IMG/VR virus record: IMGVR_UViG_2534682158_000010
Location: 1-30,878 of that record
Origin: a virus
Lineage: Duplodnaviria; Heunggongvirae; Uroviricota; Caudoviricetes
DNA: 30,878 nucleotides
Reading direction: 5' to 3' (one strand)
Below, in pieces: positions 1-8,000 of this stretch (within the stretch, counting starts at the first letter, position 1; each line of letters starts with the position of its first letter). A program made the position numbers and the translations under genes. The notes beneath the pieces were generated by a model. The model searched no databases. It saw only the letters and a list, made by a program, of their open reading frames with translations, and had not been told where the DNA came from.

Positions 1-73
1 TCTTAAGGGTTATTGAACATGATCAATTTACCTGTAAATCCATACAGTTCAATACCTTATCAGGTCAAATAGT

Positions 74-93
74 GATCACTTGATCATTTGATC
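74..93. promoter_or_regulatory. Cluster of three GATC (Dam) sites spaced 8 bp apart (74-77, 82-85, 90-93; a fourth at 21-24) in the cre upstream region
   Basis: GTGATCACTTGATCATTTGATCAAGG read directly; Dam-methylation-sensitive promoter upstream of P1 cre is established knowledge, exact promoter positions not verified here. Confidence 0.5.
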
Positions 94-190
94 AAGGTTG
101 CGCTACGTAAAATCTGCGAAATGTTGGCAGTGTTAGTGCTCCAGATTTCGCGTAGCGCACTTAGCACCACCAATCAATCAGAGGTGAAAA

Positions 191-412
191 ATGGGATATT
201 CAGCTGCTAAAGTGTCCACTCATATTGAGCTTGAGAAAAACCGTGGTTACTGGCGGGCAAAAGGGTTTGATCGTGATAGTTGTCAACTGTCATTATCGCG
301 CGGTGAAGAGAAAATAGAACGCACGCGCGGTCGCTGGCGTTTCTATGACGAGAACCATAAACAGGTAAAGGCAGAGCCGATCCTGTACACTTTACTTAAA
401 ACCATTATCTGA
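191..412 (+). CDS. Hypothetical small protein (73 aa) upstream of cre
   Basis: ATG preceded by GAGGTG at 6 nt spacing; ends 8 nt before cre; no recognisable motif. Confidence 0.4.
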   Translation: MGYSAAKVSTHIELEKNRGYWRAKGFDRDSCQLSLSRGEEKIERTRGRWRFYDENHKQVKAEPILYTLLKTII

Positions 413-419
413 GTGTTAA

Positions 420-1451
420 ATGTCCAATTTACTGACCGTACACCAAAATTTGCCTGCATTACCGGTCGATGCAACGAGTGATGAGGTTCGCAAGAACCTG
501 ATGGACATGTTCAGGGATCGCCAGGCGTTTTCTGAGCATACCTGGAAAATGCTTCTGTCCGTTTGCCGGTCGTGGGCGGCATGGTGCAAGTTGAATAACC
601 GGAAATGGTTTCCCGCAGAACCTGAAGATGTTCGCGATTATCTTCTATATCTTCAGGCGCGCGGTCTGGCAGTAAAAACTATCCAGCAACATTTGGGCCA
701 GCTAAACATGCTTCATCGTCGGTCCGGGCTGCCACGACCAAGTGACAGCAATGCTGTTTCACTGGTTATGCGGCGGATCCGAAAAGAAAACGTTGATGCC
801 GGTGAACGTGCAAAACAGGCTCTAGCGTTCGAACGCACTGATTTCGACCAGGTTCGTTCACTCATGGGAAATAGCGATCGCTGCCAGGATATACGTAATC
901 TGGCATTTCTGGGGATTGCTTATAACACCCTGTTACGTATAGCCGAAATTGCCAGGATCAGGGTTAAAGATATCTCACGTACTGACGGTGGGAGAATGTT
1001 AATCCATATTGGCAGAACGAAAACGCTGGTTAGCACCGCAGGTGTAGAGAAGGCACTTAGCCTGGGGGTAACTAAACTGGTCGAGCGATGGATTTCCGTC
1101 TCTGGTGTAGCTGATGATCCGAATAACTACCTGTTTTGCCGGGTCAGAAAAAATGGTGTTGCCGCGCCATCTGCCACCAGCCAGCTATCAACTCGCGCCC
1201 TGGAAGGGATTTTTGAAGCAACTCATCGATTGATTTACGGCGCTAAGGATGACTCTGGTCAGAGATACCTGGCCTGGTCTGGACACAGTGCCCGTGTCGG
1301 AGCCGCGCGAGATATGGCTCGTGCCGGAGTTTCAATACCGGAGATCATGCAAGCTGGTGGCTGGACCAACGTAAATATTGTCATGAACTATATCCGTAAC
1401 CTGGATAGTGAAACAGGGGCAATGGTGCGCCTGCTGGAAGATGGCGATTAG
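420..1451 (+). CDS. cre: Cre site-specific tyrosine recombinase
   Basis: 343 aa; N-terminus MSNLLTVHQNLPALPVD and C-terminal catalytic region HSARVGAARDMARAGVSIPEIMQAGGWTNVNIVMNYI match P1 Cre as I recall it. Confidence 0.97.
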   Translation: MSNLLTVHQNLPALPVDATSDEVRKNLMDMFRDRQAFSEHTWKMLLSVCRSWAAWCKLNNRKWFPAEPEDVRDYLLYLQARGLAVKTIQQHLGQLNMLHRRSGLPRPSDSNAVSLVMRRIRKENVDAGERAKQALAFERTDFDQVRSLMGNSDRCQDIRNLAFLGIAYNTLLRIAEIARIRVKDISRTDGGRMLIHIGRTKTLVSTAGVEKALSLGVTKLVERWISVSGVADDPNNYLFCRVRKNGVAAPSATSQLSTRALEGIFEATHRLIYGAKDDSGQRYLAWSGHSARVGAARDMARAGVSIPEIMQAGGWTNVNIVMNYIRNLDSETGAMVRLLEDGD

Positions 1452-1468
1452 CCATTAACGCGTAAATG

Positions 1469-1485
1469 ATTGCTCTAATTCTTTG
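1469..1485 (+). promoter_or_regulatory. C1-repressor operator-like 17-mer ATTGCTCTAATTCTTTG
   Basis: First 11 of 17 positions match the P1 C1 operator consensus ATTGCTCTAATAAATTT; lies 17 nt upstream of the 1502 ORF. Confidence 0.5.
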
Positions 1486-1501
1486 ATATTTATGGTGACA
1501 T

Positions 1502-1813
1502 ATGAGAAAGGATTTCAACATCGACGGAAAATATGTAGTGCTGTCTGTAAGCACTAATATTCAGTCGCCAGCCGTCATTGTCACTGTAAAGCTGAGCGAT
1601 AGAATGCCTGATATTGATTCAATATCCGTTGCGTTCCCTGTCAAAAGTATGCGTGGTGCTGAACATTTCGTGATGAATGCCACCGAGGGAGAAGCACGGC
1701 GCGGTTTTGCTAAAGTGATGTCTGAGTTTGGCGAATTTTTGGGGCACGTTGACAAAGCCCTCTCAATCAGTTCAGCAAGGTCCAAAGCGTTAACAGCTTC
1801 CATGATGAAATAA
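1502..1813 (+). CDS. Hypothetical protein (103 aa) in the position of a cre-associated gene
   Basis: Protein-like composition; weak RBS (GGTGA 3 nt from ATG); antisense ORF 1561..1875 is less protein-like. Confidence 0.45.
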   Translation: MRKDFNIDGKYVVLSVSTNIQSPAVIVTVKLSDRMPDIDSISVAFPVKSMRGAEHFVMNATEGEARRGFAKVMSEFGEFLGHVDKALSISSARSKALTASMMK

Positions 1814-1837
1814 AAAAAGCCTGGCAAGGAGCCAGGC
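1812..1837 (-). terminator. Intrinsic terminator for leftward transcription
   Basis: Hairpin GCCTGGC-AAGGA-GCCAGGC followed on the minus strand by a U7 tract; no U tract on the plus strand. Confidence 0.55.
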
Positions 1838-1943
1838 TGCACAAAAGAGCGGGTTTGTATTCCGCATCCAATCAATCAAGAAGGAGTATAGCACACAGGT
1901 ACTGAAGTGAAAAAATGTGATTCGCGATAAATAAACAACTTTA

Positions 1944-1967
1944 ATTGCTCTAATTTGTTGCTATAAT
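1944..1967 (+). promoter_or_regulatory. C1 operator-like 17-mer (ATTGCTCTAATTTGTTG) overlapping an extended -10 promoter (TGcTATAAT) upstream of ref
   Basis: 11/17 contiguous consensus match; perfect TATAAT at 1962-1967 with TG at -15/-14; C1 repression of ref is established for P1. Confidence 0.55.
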
Positions 1968-2026
1968 TGAGTCGCAGTTTTTGTCAACTACGAAGACGTT
2001 GCCATTACTTCACTCCTTGACATCAT

Positions 2027-2054
2027 AGGCGGCCATTAGGCCGCCTTTTTTTTG
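2027..2054 (+). terminator. Terminator-like hairpin plus T8 tract immediately upstream of the ref start codon
   Basis: AGGCGGCC-ATTA-GGCCGCCT followed by TTTTTTTT, ending 5 nt before ATG 2060; ref has no Shine-Dalgarno. Confidence 0.5.
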
Positions 2055-2059
2055 ACCAT

Positions 2060-2620
2060 ATGAAAACAATCGAACAAAAAATTGAACAGTGCCGCAAGTG
2101 GCAGAAGGCAGCCAGAGAACGAGCGATCGCTCGGCAACGGGAGAAGTTGGCTGATCCGGTCTGGCGAGAATCTCAATATCAGAAAATGCGGGATACTATC
2201 GACCGCCGTATCGCTAAACAGAAAGAGCGCCCACCAGCCAGCAAAACGCGGAAAAGCGCGGTAAAAATAAAATCTCGTGGCTTGAAGGGGAGAACACCAA
2301 CGGCGGAGGAACGGCGCATCGCCAATGCTCTTGGCACTCTCCCCTGCATTGCCTGCTATATGCATGGAGTAATATCTAATGAGGTGTCTCTGCACCATAT
2401 CGCCGGTCGTACCGCGCCGGGTTGTCATAAAAAGCAATTGCCACTTTGTAGATGGCACCACCAGCATGCAGCACCGGCTGAAGTAAGAGCAAAATACCCC
2501 TGGCTGGTCCCTGTTCATGCCGATGGTGTGGTTGGAGGCAAGAAAGAATTCACCCTGCTGAACAAGTCAGAGATGGAGTTACTGGCTGACGCCTATGAGA
2601 TGGCAAACATCATGCACTAA
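2060..2620 (+). CDS. ref: Ref, RecA-dependent HNH-family nuclease (recombination enhancement function)
   Basis: 186 aa, matching P1 Ref length as recalled; basic N-terminus and Cys/His cluster CIACYMHG...HHIAGR...CHKKQLPLCRWHH. Confidence 0.9.
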   Translation: MKTIEQKIEQCRKWQKAARERAIARQREKLADPVWRESQYQKMRDTIDRRIAKQKERPPASKTRKSAVKIKSRGLKGRTPTAEERRIANALGTLPCIACYMHGVISNEVSLHHIAGRTAPGCHKKQLPLCRWHHQHAAPAEVRAKYPWLVPVHADGVVGGKKEFTLLNKSEMELLADAYEMANIMH

Positions 2621-2648
2621 TAAATATATTATTTTTAATGATAAATGA

Positions 2649-2679
2649 TTGACAACTGACAAGTGACTTCAGTCAGAAT
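2649..2679 (+). promoter_or_regulatory. Composite promoter: -35 TTGACA, late-promoter-like element ACAAGTGACT, -10-like CAGAAT
   Basis: Same ACAAGTGA(C/T)T motif plus downstream hexamer is found upstream of prt and lyz; fits the dual (sigma70 plus late) promoter described for P1 mat, as recalled. Confidence 0.5.
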
Positions 2680-2809
2680 CATCACATGCCCGGTACGGAT
2701 GGATCCCTTTTCAAATATTCCATGGACGGCACAGTCTGAGTACCGGGCGCTACCTTCAGTTGTATTGCTAAGCCGCCGCTGGTGGCTTTTCTTTTTTGTA
2801 GGGGGCGCT

Positions 2810-3451
2810 ATGGATAAGAAAATATGCGTTGTTTCGATGAGCGTCGGCAAACCGGCGTCAATGACTGCTGCATGGATCAATAACGAGCTGATAATGGCTG
2901 AGCGGACCAGCTACCCTGAACGCCGCCGCGATATGGAACTCCAGCTGCTGCGCGAATTGCGAGAAAAAGAGGAAAAGGGTTTTATCGTGCTGGTGGAAGA
3001 GGAAAACAGCTTTATTACTGGTCGAGTTGGCCAGCGTGTAAGGTTGCGCGATCCCTTCATGAACGGCAGGCCGGTACTGATTGAAGCAATGCAGATTTAC
3101 AAGGAGCTGGAACGCCAGAAAGCGATCAAGTTACCGCGCAAGGAATCCGGCAAATACATCCTCCACCAAAGCATCTTCGATTCCGAACACGATAAAAAAG
3201 GCGATGAATTTTTCAACATCAACTGGAGCGAAATAACGACAGAGCATGTTCTGACGTTACTATGTTGCTTTGCGACGGAATACAACAACGTTGCCAGCGC
3301 CGACTACATCAGGGCAATGGCTGGAGAAGTTGAAGCCCGCCAGGAACCATCGTTACTAAGTCCACTTATTAACATAATTCTGGGTACCCAGACACTGGAA
3401 CAAAAAAAAGTGCCGAAAGGGGTATTAACAGGCAAGCATAATTATTTCTAA
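2810..3451 (+). CDS. Hypothetical late protein, possibly the particle-maturation (mat) homologue
   Basis: ATG at 2810 preceded by AGGGGG; the six-frame ORF nominally starts at GTG 2663 inside the promoter; no recognisable motif. Confidence 0.55.
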   Translation: MDKKICVVSMSVGKPASMTAAWINNELIMAERTSYPERRRDMELQLLRELREKEEKGFIVLVEEENSFITGRVGQRVRLRDPFMNGRPVLIEAMQIYKELERQKAIKLPRKESGKYILHQSIFDSEHDKKGDEFFNINWSEITTEHVLTLLCCFATEYNNVASADYIRAMAGEVEARQEPSLLSPLINIILGTQTLEQKKVPKGVLTGKHNYF

Positions 3452-3461
3452 TAATTTATAG

Positions 3462-3530
3462 TGGGGACTTTTGATGGTGTAAAACCCCATGAATTATTAT
3501 TTTTTAGTTTTTTGATTCTATTTTTTTTTG
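3462..3530 (+). terminator. Putative terminator: bulged hairpin followed by a long T-rich tract
   Basis: GGGGACTTTT...AAAACCCC stem then multiple T runs; begins 11 nt after the 2810 gene stop. Confidence 0.35.
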
Positions 3531-3618
3531 CATTACCCGTCATAAAAATGAGCTTGCTTACATAATAGAAAATTATTTTATCAACACTATTACAACAAAC
3601 GATTATCACTGATAACAT

Positions 3619-3642
3619 GAGTCCTTTGAAAACAAAGGACTC
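3619..3642 (+). promoter_or_regulatory. Perfect 10-bp inverted repeat (GAGTCCTTTG-AAAA-CAAAGGACTC) in the GNAT gene leader
   Basis: Lies 9-32 nt upstream of ATG 3651; its 3' arm contains the only SD-like AAGGA; a second palindrome TTATCA-C-TGATAA at 3603-3615. Confidence 0.4.
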
Positions 3643-3650
3643 ACCATACT

Positions 3651-4259
3651 ATGTCTAATACCTCGGCAAATGAAATTGTACCGCACTTACCGCTAATTTT
3701 CGAAAATGAAGCTAATGGGATTCTTCAGGATCTGGCCTATACTCCATCGCTTATGGGGTTGATGATGTTCCCGACAGAAGAGGAGCTGAAAGCAGCGAGA
3801 AGCTACATAATTAACGTTTTTGAAGAGTGTTACCGAGCCGGTCATTTGCGCATTATGGGCTTTACTAATGAAGAAAACTTGTTCGGATACGCCTTAATCT
3901 TCGGACATCCATCGGGAAATTTTCCGTTGTACTGTCATAAAATATATGTATATGAGCAATATCGTGGTAATGGACTTGGAAGTAATATACTGGCAGAAAT
4001 ACTTGCATTTCCAAATGAGGTCGCTTTGATTTGCCAGTCTGATTTGGTTCCTTTTTATGAATCAGCCGGAATGCACTTTAAAGGAAATTACACCACTCCA
4101 TCAGTCGCCAATTTCAAAAAAACTCGCGGCATGTATGAGGGGCTTTGTTTGATGAGCACTGAAAAAAATGCAAACTCTAATGGTGTACCTATATTCATGC
4201 TGAACGATAACGATATTGATAACATCATACAGGCTATCGCATCATCGGCACCACGATAA
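3651..4259 (+). CDS. GNAT-family N-acetyltransferase (202 aa), substrate unknown
   Basis: Acetyl-CoA binding motif YRGNGLGSNILAEIL and motif-B-like VPFYESAGMHFKG; gene and flanks visibly AT-rich relative to neighbours. Confidence 0.8.
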   Translation: MSNTSANEIVPHLPLIFENEANGILQDLAYTPSLMGLMMFPTEEELKAARSYIINVFEECYRAGHLRIMGFTNEENLFGYALIFGHPSGNFPLYCHKIYVYEQYRGNGLGSNILAEILAFPNEVALICQSDLVPFYESAGMHFKGNYTTPSVANFKKTRGMYEGLCLMSTEKNANSNGVPIFMLNDNDIDNIIQAIASSAPR

Positions 4260-4341
4260 TATTAATAATTCATCTCGCCGCAGGAACTACAAACCAGTTG
4301 ATTGTTTGTGAAACGCCCGGTGCAAACCGGGCCAACAAAAC

Positions 4342-4590
4342 TCAATCAGCATTGAGAAGCAATGCATTATCTATGATGATCTGCTCCCATTCTTCGAATG
4401 CCCGGTCGCGGACGCCCTGGGGAACACTGTTTGTTTTGAAATCGACGACTGTACGCCATTTCCCGTCCGGACGGTACATGCGCAGAGCTTTACTTCCCCC
4501 TTCCCTGCGCACCTCAACGTTATGCTTGTCAGCAAACTCTTGTAATGCTCGTAGCGTCCCATGCTTTACTGTGTAGTATCGCTTTTTCAA
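4342..4590 (-). CDS. lxc: Lxc (Bof)-like C1 co-repressor, 82 aa
   Basis: 82 codons with TTG start and GGAG SD, matching my recollection of P1 bof/lxc; located downstream of the ulx-like gene and darB as in P1. Confidence 0.65.
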   Translation of the reverse strand: MKKRYYTVKHGTLRALQEFADKHNVEVRREGGSKALRMYRPDGKWRTVVDFKTNSVPQGVRDRAFEEWEQIIIDNALLLNAD

Positions 4591-5027
4591 GTTTTCTCTC
4601 CAGCCTGTGCCAAGGCTTCAACTTCCAAATCGTAAGACTCAAACTCATAGTCCTGGTCGTCAACTTCTTCAGGCACTGGCAGTAAATGCCAGGCTGAGTA
4701 TATCTGACCATTATCAAAACGCTCCTGGCTGTAGAGCGTCGCGGCTATGAGTGTTAGCGCCGGGCGGTCATAACGGTAAATTTTGCGAACGTCACGGTCA
4801 ACGAGACGACCGAAATTACCATAACCGCGCTCCAGTAATAATTTTTTAATTTCCGGCCAGTATGGACCATAGCTGCGGTACAGGCGGGGATTTTTCAGTA
4901 ATCGCCCGCGTAGCCCTGACAGGAAGAAATCAACGTATTCGTCTTCTGTCTTTCCTAACAACGCTGTACGGAGTACCGCCTCAAGATATGTTTTATTCGG
5001 TTTTATTGTATCAGATAGTGTGGCCAT
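4587..5027 (-). CDS. ulx: Ulx-like protein (146 aa) between darB and lxc
   Basis: Position between darB and lxc; stop overlaps the lxc TTG start; no motif recognised, assignment by synteny only. Confidence 0.55.
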   Translation of the reverse strand: MATLSDTIKPNKTYLEAVLRTALLGKTEDEYVDFFLSGLRGRLLKNPRLYRSYGPYWPEIKKLLLERGYGNFGRLVDRDVRKIYRYDRPALTLIAATLYSQERFDNGQIYSAWHLLPVPEEVDDQDYEFESYDLEVEALAQAGEKT

Positions 5028-5060
5028 ATTATGCGACGCCCGGCGAACCGGGCGCTCCTG

Positions 5061-8000
5061 TTATGCGTATTGTTGGATGACGGCCAGAACGTCCGCCACG
5101 TTGTGTTTTGTCTCGATAATCCACCAGTTACCTGGGAAGTCGCTGTTCTTCGCCTTCGCTGGCAACCAGCGAGCGCCGAATTTCGCCTTGATTGCGTCTT
5201 TCGCACGGAAAAGAACCCCTTTCATGCCGGAGGCTTCCTGAAGCCCAAATACCTCGCCAGCGGCGAATTTTGGTGCGTACATCATCTTCAGGTCGGCGGT
5301 GGATACGCGATAATTCAGACCAAGAGACTGAGCTATGCTGGTGGCATCACCCTGTATTGATGATAACTCTTCTTGTTTCTCGTTTCTGGCAGCAATTTCT
5401 TCCTCCGTGATGTTGCCAAGGGCCAGGTTTATCCGATCAGCGTCTGCCTGTTTCTCTTCATCGGTGCGCCCGGCAAGTACCGTGTTAATTCTGTGCAATA
5501 TCTCCACATGATTCTTGCGCATGCTGAGCAATTCCGGCGTAACCTCGTTAAGGTCCACCAGCCCAAGGATGGCAAGGTCGGTAAACATTGATACCAGGTT
5601 GTAGGTCATGCGATAGCTGAGTTGCCCATAGGCTGATGGCAACTGCACCGCATCCATTTTATAGGCATCCATAAATTTAGAGCCGTCGTTTACGACATCC
5701 GCAATTGCCGGTGTGATTTTTCCTGTGGTGGCGGCCTCCCTGATTGCTGTTACCCACGATTGAGTCAGCGCGGCGACTGCATGATTCAGATTGACTTTCC
5801 GTTCTGCTGCAATGCGCGCGCTTGCTGCGTCCATTGCCTGCTTGATCTCGTCTTTATTGCTGTAAATGCCAATGGTGCCAAACTGTGCTGTGGTGATCTC
5901 ATAATCTGACGCCCGGAACTCATTGGTACCGAAAATGGCATTGGTGACTTCAAGTTCAGAATCCCCGTTACGAGTAGCCCCCTGGCTTGTTTTCTCCGGC
6001 ATTCTGGCGATCGCATCCGCTATTTTCTCCTGAATTGCTTCAGGGGATAGCGTATCTCCGTATGACGCGATTACATCGCCATAATTGGAGCCAAACAGTT
6101 CAACCAGGAATGCTTCTGCCGAACGGATCTGGCGGTTATTCCCTTCCGACATCATACCAAGCACCCATTTTGCAATTGACGACTTCAGCGCGCCGTCACG
6201 GCGATCCGGGTAAACCGCATGCTTCAGTGGGTCCGTATAGGTACCAACAAAATCAATGCTATAGCCTGACTCTGTAGTCTGAACGCCGTATGAGTCAGTG
6301 ATTTTGATCATGCCGCGCTGCTGGAAACGGTAGAAATCGTCACAGGAAACGATGTCGTTAATCCCGGCGATGGAGACGCCACCACTGATTTTCTGCATAA
6401 CAGCATCTTCATCGGGAGTTACATCAACCTGTTTATCCAGCGTCTTCACATCCCAGTTACCAGATTTGGTGCCTTTGAAGGTGAAGATGATCTCCACGTC
6501 TGCGCGCTGGCTGTCGAAGTCCAGCGACTTAATGCGAACGATATCACCGGCACAATCGTAGTATTGGCCTACACGCCATGAGCGATCGCCGATAACAAGG
6601 AACTCACTCGCATGGTTAACCAGGTCAGGATCAACATCCAGAATGCCTTTATTTAATGCATCCTCCACCAGCGGGCGCAGGCGTTTGATATCCGTCGCGG
6701 CCTTCTGAGTACGGTTCAATAATTTCTCATAGCGGGAGATGGCTTGAGAGATATTAGCCTTGCGCTGAATGGCGCTTTTCAACGACGCGCGATACTGTGC
6801 TAACAACATACGGTCTGTGTGATGGACGCTACCCCAGCGGGCTTTCCAGTCTGCGTTATCAGCTGCTTTGGCCATTACCGCCTGTTTGAATTTGGCGACG
6901 TCGGCGGTGGTCTTTTCAAGTTCCGCTTTGCTTCGCTCCAATTCAGCGGTAAGTACCTCCACATCCTCACCAGCTGCGTGCTGCGCCTTGATGTAGTTCT
7001 GAAGGTCGATAGTAGCCTGTTCTTTCTGGCGAGCGCGTTTCGCAGCTTTCGCCTTATCCATTTGAACCTGCATCATTGCCAGACGTTCGCCGTCATCCTT
7101 CGCGGTATACATCTGCATTTCGATCATATCGTTGGCGTCGGCGTTCTCCATTTCTGACTTATCTGAACGGAGGATATCGGAGATCCAGCCTGCTTTACGC
7201 TTCAGCGTCTTCAGTCGGTATTCATCGAAAGACCCCTTGCCGCAGTAGTAGTGAACGCGAACGCTTGCACGGTTGGAGCCAACTCGGGCACCGCGACCGT
7301 TTCGTTGCGCAATACTGGCTGGAGTCCATGGCAACGTCAGATGATGGATGTCAGTCGTTCCTCGATGCAGGTTGATACCCACCTCTGCCTTTTTGTTGCA
7401 GATGATGATCGGAGTCCGGCCCTCCTGGAAGTCGGCTGCAATCTTTTCCAGACCGCCCAACGACATTTCATTTTGCTGCGCGATATAGGCGTCATACAGA
7501 GCCATTTGCTCGTTGTATTTCGCTATCTGTGCATCTGTTGGTTCATCCGGTAACTCTTTCGGCGGTTTAACCGCTTTCAGTTTCTTACCGGTTTTACCTG
7601 CCTCGGCAACCGTCTGAGCATTCAGTATCCCCACCTTTGAAGGTTCAAGGTTAAGAGCATTGCAGATAATGCGCTTGAGCTTCTGGTGCTGCGTTTTTTC
7701 ATCGGTGAAGATGATTTGCTTACCTTCCGGGAAAAACTCCTTCAGCGTGGCAATCAGCTTCGCGTATTTGGGCGTAACGGGGTGAGTTACGGTCTGTTCG
7801 TCAATGCCAAACCTGGCCAGGCGCTTATTCACTTCCTGCTCGAACGCTTCCGGAACCTGCAACTGAATAAACTCGCCCTTATCTATCAGGGAGTATTGCG
7901 ATTGCTGCGTGATTGAATCATCACTGTCGTCGTCTTCGCTGGTGGCTTGTTTAGGCAAACTGTCCGCCAGCTGCTGCACCGCATCGGCGTACTCCGGCAG

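Noticed and set aside
1-419. loxP site expected near cre
   Set aside because: Searched the cre upstream region for the 13-bp loxP arms (ATAACTTCGTATA / TATACGAAGTTAT) and found none; the site probably lies just beyond the left edge, so no loxP feature is reported.
1561-1875. Minus-strand 104-aa ORF antisense to the 1502..1813 gene
   Set aside because: Nominal TTG start, crosses the leftward terminator hairpin at 1812-1837, Ser/Pro-rich low-complexity composition; the plus-strand ORF is preferred, though neither is certain.
2036-2518. Minus-strand 160-aa ORF and plus-strand 2082..2264 ORF overlapping ref
   Set aside because: Embedded in or antisense to ref, which has Ref-like length and motifs; composition not protein-like.
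2606-2630. Additional C1 operator copies at the ref stop (ATGCACTAATAAATATA) and before prt (ATTATTCTAATTAAGGT, 11881..11897)
   Set aside because: Only about 13/17 matches to the consensus, within chance range for AT-rich DNA; not called as features.
2663-2809. GTG 2663 as start of the mat-like gene (262-aa version)
   Set aside because: It would start inside the promoter elements with no SD; ATG 2810 has an AGGGGG SD.
3452-4341. Type III restriction-modification (res/mod) genes or an IS element expected from the P1 layout
   Set aside because: No helicase/endonuclease or adenine-methyltransferase ORF, no transposase and no terminal inverted repeats in this interval; only the GNAT gene is present.
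4298-4576. Plus-strand 92-aa ORF antisense to lxc
   Set aside because: Antisense to the 82-codon lxc-like gene, which has an SD and an overlapping operon context.
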